NCBI RefSeq assembly: GCF_030684315.1
Contig: NC_081387.1
Span: 26,530,647 to 26,594,646, forward strand
Reading direction: 5' to 3'
Length of the DNA: 64,000 nt
Origin: Stegostoma tigrinum
Lineage: Eukaryota
In this document: in pieces, positions 36,980 to 50,544 of the stretch
Numbering within the stretch: the stretch's first letter is position 1
Layout of the letters: each line of letters starts with the position of its first letter
Translations under genes and position numbers: made by a program
The notes under the pieces: model-generated
What the model was told of the DNA's origin: nothing
The model's database searches: none
The model's input: the letters and a program-made list of their open reading frames with translations, nothing else

Positions 36980-39730
36980 TATTCTCCTATTATCACTATC
37001 ATCTACGTAGGAGCAGACAGACGGAGGAAATTAGAAATTGGCCACCAAATGCACTGCTGATTGCAGATTACAAAATCCTGTCGAACGCCATCGCCTACTG
37101 GGTCAGGTCAGCTCTGGGATCTGTGATTTCCCTTGACCAAATCTGTGCTGCGCCGAGCAGGATGATCTCGGAGTGTCTCGAGCTCCTCAGGGATACGGCT
37201 GCCGATGTGCAGAACCGGGGTGGTGACACCCACCTCAACAGACTGGACAAGGAGAAGGCCGTTGATAAGATATCATACATCCACATTTGGGACACACTCT
37301 AACCACTTAATTCAGGATTCAACGCATCATTTTCCACCACTTCTGACACCTGCAATGTGACCCCACATAGCGAAGGATATATTTCCCTCTGCACCCCTAT
37401 CTGCCTTTCAGAGGCACAGCTCTCTCCACGACTCCCTCGTCTATTCCACACTCCCCACTAGCCCCACAACCCCAGCACCTTTACCTGTAACCGCAGGAAG
37501 TGCTACAACTGCCCCTACACTTCCACCTCCATGTCAGGACGAATAAACCTTCCACATCAGACATATGTTCACCTGCACATCCGCTAAAGTGGTCAACTGT
37601 TCCCAATGTGGCCTCCTCTAAATTGGTGAGACCAAGCGGAGGCTCAGAGACTGCTTTGTAGACAACCTGCACTCAGTTCATGACAAGCAACACCTTCCAG
37701 TCACAAACCATTTACATTCCACCTCCCACTCCCTGGACAACACGTCCATTCTGGGCCTCCTCCAGTGTCACAATGATGCTACCTGGAAACTGGAGAAGTA
37801 GCACCACACATTCCTCTTTGGGAGCCTACAACCCAATGGTCTCAATGCAGACTTTACGAGCTTCAAAATCGCCCCACCACCGGCCTCATCCATTGACCAA
37901 CCCTCCCTCTTATCCCCACCTCCTTGACCTCTCTGTCTTCTCTCCCACCTATCCGCTCCTCCAACCTAACTGACCAATCCCCACCATTGCCTATCTGCAC
38001 TCACCTATCACCATCCCGCGTTCCTGACACAGTCACACCCTCTTCCCTCTATTTATTTCAGCGCCCCATTCCCCCTCCCCCATTTAAGAACAAGGCTCCT
38101 GATACGCAACATCACCTTTCCGGCTCCTCTGGCGCTGCCTGGCCTGCTCCTCCTCCTGCAGTGTTCCTCCAACTCCACACTGTGTTATCTCTTCATAATG
38201 GGCTTTGTGGAGAGAATCTGCAATTGGACCAACTACTTTACACCAACATTGTTGGTGCACTCTCAATCAATGAGCTGGAATTAGAAAGCTTGTCAAACAC
38301 ATCTGGAGTCAGGCAGTGTTACCACTCTCTCCTGCCTTGTTTGTGTGTTTTATAGGGCATTTTGCTGAGATCATCATGAAGATGTGAGCCTCAGAAGGGT
38401 GACTAGTCCAGGCACTGGGGGCTTGCAGGTCAAGACCTCCCTGTACATGGATGACGTTGCCATTTTCTGTTCAGATCCTCTGTTAGTGCACATACTCATC
38501 AACGCCTACCATCAGTTTGAACAGACCTCAGGAGCCAAGGTAAATCGCGGCAAGAGCAAGGCCATGTTCCTCAGGAACTGGGCCGAATAATTCTTTATCC
38601 CCTTCATTCTCATCATCAGGACACATTATCTGAAGGTGCTGGGAGTATGGTTCGGAGGGGCGGGGGCATGCCCAAATTCTTGGCAGGATTCCATCGCCAA
38701 TGTGAGGCCAAAACTGACCTTTTGGAATCATAGCTCCCTCTCCATTGCTGGTTCAAGCCTGGTCATCAGGTGTGAGGCACTCTGTCGGTAACTTGTCACA
38801 GGTCTATCCCATTCCCAGAACCTGAGCTTGTGCAGTCACCCATCATACACCTCACCTGGAGGTCTAAATGTGGACTGTGTCCATAGGGACATCGTGTGAA
38901 AAATGCTAGATGAGAAGGAGGGAGCAGAGAACATACCACCATCATCCTGACAGCCATCTTTCTGTGCGGTTCCATCAAGCAGTGCGTGGACCCTCGCTTC
39001 GCAAAAACATAAAACATCATAACGTACTATGGTTTTGCCTTCTCGGTGCTGCAAAGCATGGGACTGACCCCACTGTTTTGGAATGCTCCAAATAGTTGGA
39101 CTGTTTTCTATCTCCTGTCCTTTGTGGAAAAATTTGCAAAGCACCTTTGACCGTGAGTCCATCAGCAAGTTGTCAGCACATGGCATTCTTCAGACCCTGA
39201 GGGGAATAGAGAGGGTGGATCCTGTCGCACGGTTCCCTGAGCAGACTGTCAAAGTCATTTAGCAGATTGCCTCATCACCAGAACTATCCAACAAGCACCA
39301 ACACATCACTTGGCTGGTGTTTGGACAGGTACCACCTTTCACATCCATCGTGTATGCCCAGTTGGTCTGCGCCATTGCATGCTGCCCTCGAAGCGGCTGC
39401 GAGGGGTTGAGACTGTCACACATCTCCTCTGGAACATGCTCTTCCAAAGGGTGTCCAGAGAAAGATGCTAAGGTTTTTAATCGAGGGTCGTCATAAGCAA
39501 TTCTGTGATGCAGGAGTCTGTGTTCTGTGGTCTGTTCCCCAGGACACAAGTGAGGCTAACACTGGCGGCACCTGGACAACCATCAACTCGATGAAGGGTA
39601 CCTTTTCCGGCTGCTCAAAAGTTGGGGCTGCTGCCGCCAAGGTGCAGTAGGTAAGACTACTGTCTGAGTCTTTCTGCTGAAGTTAAAAAGGGTTCTGTTC
39701 ATTGATCGGACCCTCCCTATTGCCTCAATT
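36980..39730 (+). mobile_element. Decayed L1/Tx1-clade LINE RT region, interrupted by a Penelope insertion
   Basis: IRNWPPNALLIADYKILSNAI...DQICAAPSRMISE...LDKEKAVDKISY and LYMDDVAIF. Confidence 0.75.
37303..38190 (+). mobile_element. Penelope 3' fragment inserted into the Tx1 element
   Basis: GIY-YIG remnant plus pLTR; absent from the paralogous site near 50860. Confidence 0.75.
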
Positions 39731-40644
39731 GCATAGAAATGTTGTTATGCACCACAGCAGAACCCATCAAAACATTTTCAGAAGGTAGCCTCGACCAGAA
39801 TTTTTTTCTTATTTGAAAGGCAAATATAAAGTACCAGATGCAATCAGATTACTCAATGTTAAGCAAAACACAATTTATTTGAACATTATATTTAAAACAT
39901 AATCAAAGAAAGAGCAATTTAAAAGAACAACACTATTGAAAAACTTAACATCACAATAGATACTGTAACTACTGTACAGAGCTGAACAATTTCTCACTAT
40001 GTATATTTTGCAAACACATTTCTTATGAACTAAGCATACTTTTTAAATTAAAAAAAAAACACAGCCTAACGACCTACGGATTTGCGCTCAGCTCAACTGG
40101 TCTTCTTCCAGGTTCTGCTCACAATCACAATCCAACGATGGTCTCAAGACCTTCCAATACTGAAGGTTCTCTGCTCAGAGTCTGAATCAAGGTGTCCCTC
40201 CTGCCAGGTAAGTATTGTTCTCAGCCTTTTCTTTCTCATGTCACTTTTGGCTCTTTTACTAACCACATTCAATCTGTGACCTCTCATTCTCTTATTTCTT
40301 ATTGTGTTTGGTCACATGGGATTATTTGAAAAATGCTGGAATGATGCTATCCCTGTTTCCCAGGACAGCATCTCCCACTCTTTCATTGCTATCAATGAAC
40401 AGATGACCCAGGGACATTGAGGACCAGCCACTATGAACACAAGCCACAAGCCACTGGATGATAATGCGGATAGAGATGATGTGCAGAGAGATGGTGAACA
40501 GGCAGGAGATTGGCATTACGTCATAGATCCAAAGCAGGAATGATAGGCTGAATGGCATCATTCAGCACCTTAACAATTCTGTGATTCTATGTCACCACTG
40601 GTTCTTCTGCTAATGAACTTCAATCTAATCCTTTGTCTACAAGA

Positions 40645-41060
40645 GCCAAAGGTGTAGGAGCAGACGCAGGCCATTCGGCCCATCAGGTCCACTCGGCCGT
40701 TGGATATTTGACTGATATGTTTCTCAACTCAATTTTCCTGCCTTCTCCTCTTAACCGTTAATCCCCTGACTAAACAAGAACCAATCTATCGCTCTCAAAG
40801 ATAATCAATGACTCTGCTTCCACAGGATTCTCTGGCAATAAATTACAGTTTCACCACCCTCTGCCTGAAGAAATCCTCCTCATTTCAGTTCTAAAGGGTC
40901 ATCCCTTCAGTCTGAGACTGTGTCCTTGGATCCCAGATTCCCCTACCAATGGAAACATCCTATCCATGATTATTCGATGCAGGCCTCTCAGTATTCTGCA
41001 TCTTTCAATGAGATCACCCCCTCACCCTTCATCAACTACACAAAGTCCTCACCCGTTCCT
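40645..41060 (-). mobile_element. CR1 LINE 3' end
   Basis: aggagcagacgcaggccattcggcccatc terminus and RT-tail remnants. Confidence 0.65.
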
Positions 41061-44000
41061 GAATGACAGGCCCTTCCTTCCTAGGATCATTCCTGTGATC
41101 CAACTGAACATAACCTTCAATGCCAGCACATCCTTTCCAACTTGACTGCCAGTGGCATGCAGCAGCATCTAGGTGCGTGCATCTAAATTCAAAAATGGAA
41201 CATTTTTGGCACGAAAATGGATCCAACAAAGGCAAATTTTGCTTATATATCACGACATATACACATATTTCAGGCATCAGGAGAGTTCAAAAACTGAATG
41301 AACCCTCATTGACCTCTAGCTGAAAGAAATCACACTGAGGTCTTCCCTCACTGCGCCTTAGTGGCAGTTGCACCAGGCCTTGGAGAATCACACAGCATGT
41401 ATCCTGGACCTTGCAGTGTGCATCACTCTGTTGAAGTCAACTCCTTGCTCGAGAAGACCAACAAGGACACACTGTGACTGAGTTGATGGTCCTCCTGGCG
41501 CAGTCGATCTTTCTTTTACTACATCAGATAACATCAGATAAGGTCCCGTGCGGTCATAATGGGGTCGCAGTGAGGAGAAACATTAGCTCTTCTTCTTCAG
41601 ATACTGCTTGGCCTGCTGTGCTCATCCAGCTCTACACCTTGTTATCTCCGATTCTCCAGCATCGGCAGTTCCAACTATTTCCCACCAAGTAAATTCCCTA
41701 ATGTTTCTTCTAAAGAAGAAGGGTCCAGACCCGAAACATCAGCTTTCCTGCTCCTCTGATGCTGCTTAGCCTACTGTGTTCATCCAGCTCTACACCTTGT
41801 TCTATCAGGGAATTTGCTTGGGTTTCTTTCAACAGGCTGTTCTAAATACATAAGCATTTTAATAAGGGGCGTTTTCAAAAGGTTTAGTTCGGCTAAAGGT
41901 ACCCAGTTCATTATTTTCTTAACAACTCAAAGAAAAGTCTGATCCTCCAGTATGCTCAACTTTTTAGATCATTCTAATTCAGAAACAAAATCAACAAATT
42001 AGTGAGAAAACGTTTGTTGAATTCCATGACACATGTTTGTTCATCGTAAAAGAAGCGCATGGCATGATTAGGCATGATAAAGCTAAATAAAGTAAACACG
42101 ACTTCTAGAAGACCACCAGCACAGGAAGGTCACAAAGGAACTTTATACAGAGGGAGTTCAGTTCAGGGGGCAGGTAAACGATTGCAGTTTAAGTGAAGAG
42201 GTGGATAATTTGAACAAATTCTTACATCCAGAGACCCAACGGAAGACTGGCAGACGTCTTCAAAGATATCTCAAAGGCAGAGGTTTCTGGTAATCATCAC
42301 AAGATTGTGAGATTTCCTCAGAGTTGTTCATTATTGATTGCATTTCCTGGATTGGATGTACAGATAAGGGGTATGTGGCTACCAGTGACATCAATGTTTC
42401 ATAGAATTTGTTTGACACAAGAAGTATAAAAATGTTGTATTCAGCTGGGAAACGTACTGTGCCATTGACCACTTCTCTGAACTGAGCTGGGTTTAAGGCG
42501 GCAACTGGGCCCCACATGAAACCCAGATTTGAGCAGTCTCTGGCCTCTCCCACACGTGGTGAAACAGCTCTGAATGAAGGTCGTTTTTAACTGTTGAACA
42601 CAGAACTCAAGATTCTTCTTTGATATTTCTCGCTAATACAATCATTATGATTGACACACTCTATCCAGGGCATCCTTCAGGTAGTGTCCGAGGCTGAGAC
42701 GTGTACAGCGACCTCATCAATGACCTTCACTCCATCAGAAGGTCAGAAGTGGGAATATTCACTGACGATTGCACAATGTTCAACACCATCATGTTTCCTC
42801 AGGTACTGAAGTAGTCCATGTCTAATGAAGCAAGAACTCGACAATATCCAGGCATGGGCAGCCAACTGGCAAGTAACATTCATGCCACACAAATGCCAGG
42901 CAATGACAACCTACAATAAGAGACCATCTCACCATCACCCCACGACATTCATACAACATAGAAAAGTACAGCACGGTACAGGCCCTTCAGCCCACGATGT
43001 TGTGCCGTGGAATAATCCGAATTCAATGGCATTGCCATCAAGGGATTTACCACTATCAACATTCTGGGGGTTACCATTGACCACAAGCTGAACTGAACTA
43101 CCACGAAACTACAGTGGCTACAAGAAAAAGTCAATGTTCCGACAGCCAGTAACGCACCTTCACCAAAGCTTGAAAACCGTCTGTAAGGCACAGGTCAGAA
43201 ATATGACTGATTACTCCCCGTTTGCCTGATTGAGGGCGGCTCAAAACACTCACAAAATTTGCAGAATCTATGAAGAAGCAGTCTCCCCCCTTGGCCACCT
43301 GAGCATACCATTTACAAGATGTACTGCAGAAATTCATCAAAGCTGCAAGGGCAGCTCCTCACAAAATGCAAACCAATTGCATCTAGAAGGACAAGGGCAG
43401 CGGATACATGGGAACTCCACCACCGGCAAGTTCCCCTCCAAGCCATTCATCATTCAAACTTCAAAATAAATCACCCATCCTTTCGTGTCACTGGGTCAAA
43501 ATCCTGGGACACCCCCACATCTCGCAGCCTGTTGACCTACCCACAGCACCTTCTCAAGGAGAACTGGGGTTGGAACAGCCAGCCACATCCCAGGAACACA
43601 TTTAAAAACAGAAATAAAACTGGACTCGACCAGAGAGGTGCTCAGAGATAATGGGAACCGCAGATGCTGGAGAATCCAAGATAACAAAGTGTGAAGCTGG
43701 ATGAACACAGCAGGCCAAACAGGAGCACAATGGATTGTAACTCGAAATGATAACTTTGTTAACAAACATAATTTGAAAGGTCGTCGGGGGATGGGTGGTA
43801 AATGGAGAGGGGGCCATTGAATTTTAAAGCAGAGATGGAACGATTCTTGTTAGATTTGGCATTCAAGGGATTTCAGGGATTAACATCTGATCAAAGAGAA
43901 AATTAAACAGGTTTAAACCGAAACTCAATACAATAATGTGCTGACAAGACGTTTCTCAAACAGTGTGTTTCATTCCCCTACCTCCCAAGTTTTCCTTGCA

Positions 44001-44169
44001 GCACTGTCCCATTCCTGGACACTCCCTGACAATCCTGGACATTTGGTGAACCCCCTCCTCACAGCTCACACCGGCCCGCCCCCCGCCGTCACTCCGGGAT
44101 CCAGACCCTGTCCCCAGTACATCCCACTCCCATCCTTTTCCCCGGTAGAGGGGGGGGGCTGGATCATGG

Positions 44170-44400
44170 GGAGATCCCGCTGGAAACTGCCGCCCCTTTC
44201 CAGAACCTTCTTCCACCGACTCGCTCCTTCCAGAACACTCTCGGGCTCTCGCCGTCTCGCGGACCCGCCTCGCTCGCATTGGTTGCCGCTGCAGAACCTT
44301 CCACAACATTCCGACCACGACCTCACCGACCCGCTCCCTCATTGGTCCGCGCCGCCGTCAATCACCCGCCCGCTGCCGCCCACACACAATGCATAAAGGG
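44170..44400 (+). promoter_or_regulatory. HSP70 copy 3 promoter
   Basis: Nearly identical to the copy 2 promoter (offset 11351): HSE 44197-44211, CATAAA 44392-44397. Confidence 0.85.
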
Positions 44401-44531
44401 CCAGAGCTCAGCCGGAATCGTCACAATCACAGTCGCCAGGTTCCATTGGACGCCACGTGCCAGCTCCATCACTACGACAGGAGACATTCCACGGCAGAGG
44501 AGAGGACTCAGTGATACACACTCTCATCAAC

Positions 44532-46463
44532 ATGTCCCCTGCAGCTCAAGGAACAGCCATTGGTATTGACCTGGGTACCACCTACTCCTGTGTCGGGGTC
44601 TTCCAGCATGGCAAGGTGGAGATCATCGCCAATGACCAGGGCAACCGCACCACCCCCAGCTACGTGGCCTTCAATGACACTGAGAGGCTCATCGGAGATG
44701 CTGCCAAGAACCAGGTAGCCCTGAACCCACAGAATACCATCTTTGATGCCAAGAGGCTCATCGGAAGGAGGTTTGATGACCCAGTCGTGCAGTCTGATAT
44801 GAAGCACTGGCCCTTCCGGGTGGTGAATGAAGGAGGGAAGCCCAAGGTCAGGGTCGAGTACAAGGGTGACAGTAAAGCCTTTTACCCTGAGGAAATCTCG
44901 TCCATGGTGCTGACCAAGATGAAGGAGACAGCAGAGGCTTACCTGGGACACCCTGTCAGTAATGCTGTTATCACGGTGCCTGCTTACTTCAATGACTCGC
45001 AGCGCCAGGCAACCAAAGACGCCGGGGCGATCGCTGGCCTCAATGTCCTCCGTGTTATCAATGAGCCAACAGCAGCTGCCATTGCCTATGGCCTGGACAA
45101 GAAGGGCAGAGGAGAACACAATGTTCTCATCTTTGACCTGGGGGGTGGCACCTTCGATGTGTCTGTCCTCTCCATTGACGATGGTATCTTTGAAGTGAAA
45201 TCGACTGCAGGCGACACCCACTTGGGAGGAGAGGACTTTGATAACCGCATGGTCAATCACTTCATTGAGGAGTTCAAGCGTAAATACAAGAAGGACATCA
45301 GTCAGAACAAGAGGGCGGTGAGGAGGCTGAGGACAGCCTGTGAAAGAGCCAAGAGAACCCTGTCTTCCAGCACACAAGCCAACATTGAGATTGACTGCCT
45401 GTTTGAAGGCATTGACTTCTACACCTCCATCACCAGGGCTCGGTTTGAGGAGCTGAATGCTGACCTTTTCAGGGGCACTCTGGAACCAGTGGAGAAAGCT
45501 CTGAGAGATGCCAAGTTGGACAAGTCACAGATCCATGACATTGTCTTGGTTGGAGGCTCCACCCGCATTCCCAAGATCCAGAAACTGCTGCAAGATTTCT
45601 TCAGTGGCAAGGAGCTGAACAAGAGCATCAATCCTGATGAGGCTGTGGCCTATGGGGCAGCTGTTCAAGCAGCTATTCTGATGGGGGACAAGTCCGAGAA
45701 TGTTCAGGACCTACTTCTCCTGGATGTTGCTGCCCTGTCGTTGGGCCTTGAGACAGCAGGAGGTGTCATGACTGCACTCATCAAGCGCAACACCACCATT
45801 CCCACTAAGCAGACCCAGATCTTTACTACCTACTGTGATAACCAGCCTGGTGTGCTTATTCAGGTGTATGAAGGAGAGCGAGCCATGACCAAAGACAACA
45901 ATCTCCTGGGGAAATTTGATTTGAGTGGCATCGCTCCTGCCCCTCGTGGTGTGCCACAGATCGAGGTCACCTTTGATATCGATGCCAATGGCATCTTGAA
46001 TGTCTCCGCCATTAATAAGAGCACTGGCAAATCGAACAAGATCACTATCAGCAATGACAAGGGCAGGCTGAGTAAGGAGGAGATTGAGAGGATGGTGCAG
46101 GATGCAGAAAAGTACAAGACTGAGGACGAAGCCCAGCGGCAGAGGATTGCAGCCAAGAACTCTCTGGAGTCCTACGCCTTCAACATGAAGAGCACAGTTG
46201 AGGATGAGAATGTGAGAAATATGATTAGCGACGGGGATAGGAAGAAAATTCTTGAGCAATGCAACCAGGCAATCCTGTGGCTGGAGAACAATCAGACGGC
46301 AGACAGGGAGGAGTTTGAGTACCAGCTGAAGGAACTGGAGAAACTCTGCCGTCCTATTATTGCTAGCCTTTACCAATCAGGAGCAGCAGCAGCGGGGGGT
46401 TCTTGCAGAGCCCAGGCTGGCAGTGCCGCTTCCACAGGACCGACTGTGGAGGAGGTGGATTAA
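44532..46463 (+). CDS. hsp70: Heat shock 70 kDa protein (copy 3; 643 aa)
   Basis: Intact ORF ending GPTVEEVD; AATAAA at 46758-46763. Confidence 0.97.
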   Translation: MSPAAQGTAIGIDLGTTYSCVGVFQHGKVEIIANDQGNRTTPSYVAFNDTERLIGDAAKNQVALNPQNTIFDAKRLIGRRFDDPVVQSDMKHWPFRVVNEGGKPKVRVEYKGDSKAFYPEEISSMVLTKMKETAEAYLGHPVSNAVITVPAYFNDSQRQATKDAGAIAGLNVLRVINEPTAAAIAYGLDKKGRGEHNVLIFDLGGGTFDVSVLSIDDGIFEVKSTAGDTHLGGEDFDNRMVNHFIEEFKRKYKKDISQNKRAVRRLRTACERAKRTLSSSTQANIEIDCLFEGIDFYTSITRARFEELNADLFRGTLEPVEKALRDAKLDKSQIHDIVLVGGSTRIPKIQKLLQDFFSGKELNKSINPDEAVAYGAAVQAAILMGDKSENVQDLLLLDVAALSLGLETAGGVMTALIKRNTTIPTKQTQIFTTYCDNQPGVLIQVYEGERAMTKDNNLLGKFDLSGIAPAPRGVPQIEVTFDIDANGILNVSAINKSTGKSNKITISNDKGRLSKEEIERMVQDAEKYKTEDEAQRQRIAAKNSLESYAFNMKSTVEDENVRNMISDGDRKKILEQCNQAILWLENNQTADREEFEYQLKELEKLCRPIIASLYQSGAAAAGGSCRAQAGSAASTGPTVEEVD

Positions 46464-47580
46464 AAGACTGTCAACTCTGTAACTCTGAAATCCAGACCTG
46501 AAGTTTAGACTGGGACTCATTGAGCACCAAGATCTCTCTTCAGTGATATGTTTGCAGTCATTTCTGCCTGGTGTAACAGTGAAGTTGACTGTGACCTTGC
46601 AGCCTGTTCACATTTGTAGTTTTTCATCCTTTTTGCTGAATTAATTTTCAAACCCATGGAAGTAGATCAATATGTTTGTCATCTTGTATATTTTTGATAT
46701 GGACTCGGTTTTAATGTAAAAAAAGCATTGTTTAGAAATGCTTTTTTTTGAGAAACTAATAAAGTTTCCATGATTTATTTTCTGCATGTTTCTTGCTGGT
46801 TTATCATTTGATGCAAGTGCTATGAATTATTTTTGTACTGCAAAGTGTTTCTGACATTTTCACACCAGCGTTGTGAGTCATTTTTAGCTCCAAACTAAAT
46901 AATAGAAACCATCACAGCACAGAAACAGGCCCATCTGCCTGCTATGTTGTGCCAAACATCATGCCCAAGTTAAAATAGTTCCTTCCGCCTGCCAATGGTC
47001 CATAACTCTCCATTCCATGTTTATTCATGTTCCAGGTACCTGCCACTCTCTTTGCCGTCCTTACCTGGTTTGGCTGACATGTGAATCCAATACCTGAACA
47101 ATGTAGATGATTCTTAACTGTCCTCTTGCCAAATAATGACAGACAATAAAAACTGACCCAGCCAGCAATACCCGCATCTTGCAAACGAACAAATTGAGTT
47201 CCAGGCTGCAGTCAATGCAATTCCACAGGGTGTTGTAGCCTGCTGTCTGTATCATAACCTGCACCAGGGTCTGACTACTCCCCAACCCTGTCTTCTTTCA
47301 CACGTTGTCAACATTTATGTCCCAAAATGTCTTGGCTCCTCTGTTCTAATTGGTCACCCTTCAGGCATTTAGTCATTTGTTCAGATATCTCTTTCTGGTT
47401 CTATCACAACATGCCTAATAATATGACAGCGAAGTGCCTCGAAATGGTGTACAATGCTAAGCTACACAGATACAGGTTGTTTTGTTCTGATCATCGCAGA
47501 ACAGTCAGGACCAGCACTAACACAGCTTATGATGCCTATTGCTGAGAGATTATATGAAATCAAAACAATAAAACCAAAGA

Positions 47581-49300
47581 TAACAAGGTGCAGAGCTGCA
47601 TGAACACAGCAGGCCAAGCAGCATCAGAGGAGTATGAAGGCTGACGTTTCATGCCTAGACCCTCCTTCAGAAATGGGGGAAGGGGTTTTAAATAGAGAGA
47701 GAGGGGGAAGTGGATAGAAGATGGACAGAGGAGACAGACAGGTCAAAGAGGTGGGGATGGAGCCGGTAAAGGTGAGTGTAGGTGGGGAGTTAGGGAGGGG
47801 ATAGGTCAGTCCATGGAGGACAGACAGGTCAAGGGGGTGGGATAAGGCTAGTAGGCAGGAGATGGGGGTGGGGCTTGTGGTTGGAGGAGGTGATGTGTGG
47901 TAGGAAGGACAGGTTAGGGAGGCGGGGACAAGCTGGGCTGCTTTTGGGATGCGGTAGGGGAGGGAAGATTTTGAAGCTTATGAAGTCCACATTGATACCA
48001 TGGGGCTGCAGGATTCCCAAGTGGAATATGAGTTGCTGTTCCTGCAACCTTCGGGTGGCATCGTTGTGGCACTGCAGGAGGCCCAGGATGGGCATGTCAT
48101 CTAAGGAATGGGAGGGGGGGGGGTTGAAATGGTTTGCGACCTGGAGGTGGAGTTGATCAGTGCGAACCGAGCAGAGGTGTTCTGCAAAGCGGTCCCCAAG
48201 CCTTCGCTTGGTTTCCCCGATGTAGAGGAGGCCACAACAGGAACAGTGGATACAGTATGCCACATTAGCAGATGCGCAGGTGAACATCTGCTTGATGTGG
48301 AAAGTCTTCTTGGGGCCTGGGATGAGGGTGAGGTGGGAGGTGTAGGGGCACAGTGTCTCCTGCATTTCCTGCAACTCATCCCTCACACTCCCTCCCCGCA
48401 ATAAGAACCAAGACAAATCCCCCTCGTCCGCACGTACCACCCCACCAACTTCTGGATCCATCACAGCATCCTCTGACACTTCTGCCATTTGCAATCCGAC
48501 CCCACCACCAAAGGCATTTTTCCCTCCCCACCCTTATCTGCTTTCCGGAGGGCCCACTCTCTCCGTGACTCCCTTGTCCGCCCCACACTCCCCTCCAGCC
48601 CCACAACACCTGGCACATTTCGCTGCAACCGCAGGAAGTGCTACACCTGCCGTTGCTTGGTTCGCACTAGACAGCTCTATCTCCCAGTCGCGAACCATTT
48701 CAACTCCCCCTCTCATTCCTTAGATGACCTGTCCATCCTCCTGCAGTGCCAGAACAATGCCACCTGAAAGTTGCAGGAATAGCACCTCATATTTCACTTG
48801 GGAACGCTGCAGTTCATTGGTATCAATGTGGGCTTCACAAGCTTCAAAATCTTCCCTCCCCCTACTGCATCCCAAAACCAGCCCAGCTTGACTTCACCTC
48901 CCTAGCCTGCCCTTCCTCCCACCTATCCCCTCCTCCCACATCAAGTCCCACACCCCATCTCCTACCTACTAGCCTCATCCCACCCCCTTGTCCTGTCTGT
49001 CCTCCCTGGGCTGACCTATCCCCTCCCTAACACCCCACCTACACTCACCTTAACTGGCTCCATCCCCAACTCTTTAACTTGCCTGTCTCCTCTCCACCTA
49101 TCTTCTCCTCTATCCATCTTCGATCCACCTCCCCCTCTCTATTTCAGAATCCCCTTCCCCTCCCCCATTTCTGATGAAGGGTCTCGGCCCGAAACGGCAG
49201 CTTTCCTGCTCCTCTGATGCTGTTTGGCCTGCTGTATTCATCCAGCTCTGCACCTTGTTATCTCAGATTCTCCAGCATCTGCAGTTCCTCCTATCTCAAC
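47581..49300. mobile_element. Fold-back Penelope insertion (- arm ~47581-48350, + arm ~48351-49297) with 12-bp TSD
   Basis: GIY-YIG LYIGETKRRLGDRFAEH; taaaaccaaaga at 47569-47580 and 49301-49312; hammerhead motif at 49171-49200 (GTC changed to GGC). Confidence 0.85.
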
Positions 49301-50544
49301 TAAAACCAAAGACTCTGGATTGTGACTAGTGTGCCAATTTATTTCAGCTCTAATATCCTCCAGGTATAATGTAGTTCAGCAGCCAGGAACAAAGCCTGTG
49401 TTATGAACCTGCTCTGCTCCTAGAAAACAGTCCTTGCTCTTCTGCTCTGAGAGTTTGACTGGACCGTGACTGACGACCCCAGACGAGTAAATTGAAGTGC
49501 CATCCCTGAGAAACTTCAGCAGCAGTTTCCTTACCCGGACACTAGGTGGCAAAGTTGCCTGTTGCAAATGACACTAAATGAAACAAGACAGGATGTAAGT
49601 GAAGGATATCTGAAAGCACAAATGCTGAGACTGAGAGAGATTGTACAAGTAGAATCGTTTGAACTCCTGAAATCCCCTCCCTGACAGCATTGTAGATCTG
49701 ATTAAAATAAATCGGTTAATAAGGTAGCTCATCACCACCTTCTCAAGGAAAACTAGGGAAGGGCAATAAAGCTGGCCGAGCCAGTAATGCCTGCTTCCCA
49801 TGTGTCAATGAAACTTAAAAGACATGAAGTTTAAGAAAGTAACAAAGTCTAAATCAGGGTTACTGTGCAAATCTGTGAATGTGCTGAGTATAGTTAATAA
49901 GACTGGAAAAACCATGTTGCGTCACTACCAGAAACATGCCTCAAGGAAGGGCGGGCTAAACATTCCTGATGTCAAGGCTTTCAGAGAAGACTGGTGGAGG
50001 ATCAATAGCTGTATTGGTGAATGAGAGCATTCCATGTCTGGAGAATGTGGATTTCCCACAAGGTCCAATAAATGTGACTTGAGCTAAGGAACCAAAATGG
50101 TGCAATGACATTACAAAAGTGTCATCTCTCAACCATTAACCATTTAGAGGGATGTAGATGAACAAATTTTTTATAGCATAGTTTTAATGGGGGACTTTAT
50201 GAACCCGGATATAGACAGGGAGACTGCTAGTGTGTAATGTGAAAGGCAAGTATTCCCATACAGTGTGACGGAGAATTTTCAACATCAATCTGTGTCCTGT
50301 CCAACAAGAAAGGATCCACTCTTCAGCCTGGCCCTTGGAAATGTGGTGGGCCAAGCAGATCAAGTGTGAGTGTGTGATCGTTTTGGAGACAGGGATAATT
50401 CTGCAGAATTCTTTACCACAGAGTGCTGTTGTGTTTGGACCTTTCAAAGTAAGAGGGAGATTTTTAATTGGTAAGAGAATGAAGGGTTATGGGGAAAAGG
50501 CAGAAAAATGGATTTTAAGATTATCAGATCAGCCATGATCTCAA

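Larger units (their letters stand above)
30125..39730 (+). repeat. Tandem duplication unit A (contains HSP70 copy 2); paralogous to ~41535-52010
   Basis: Collinear unique sequence and shared repeat junctions on both sides of the gene (30176 vs 41805; 36961 vs 50527). Confidence 0.8.
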
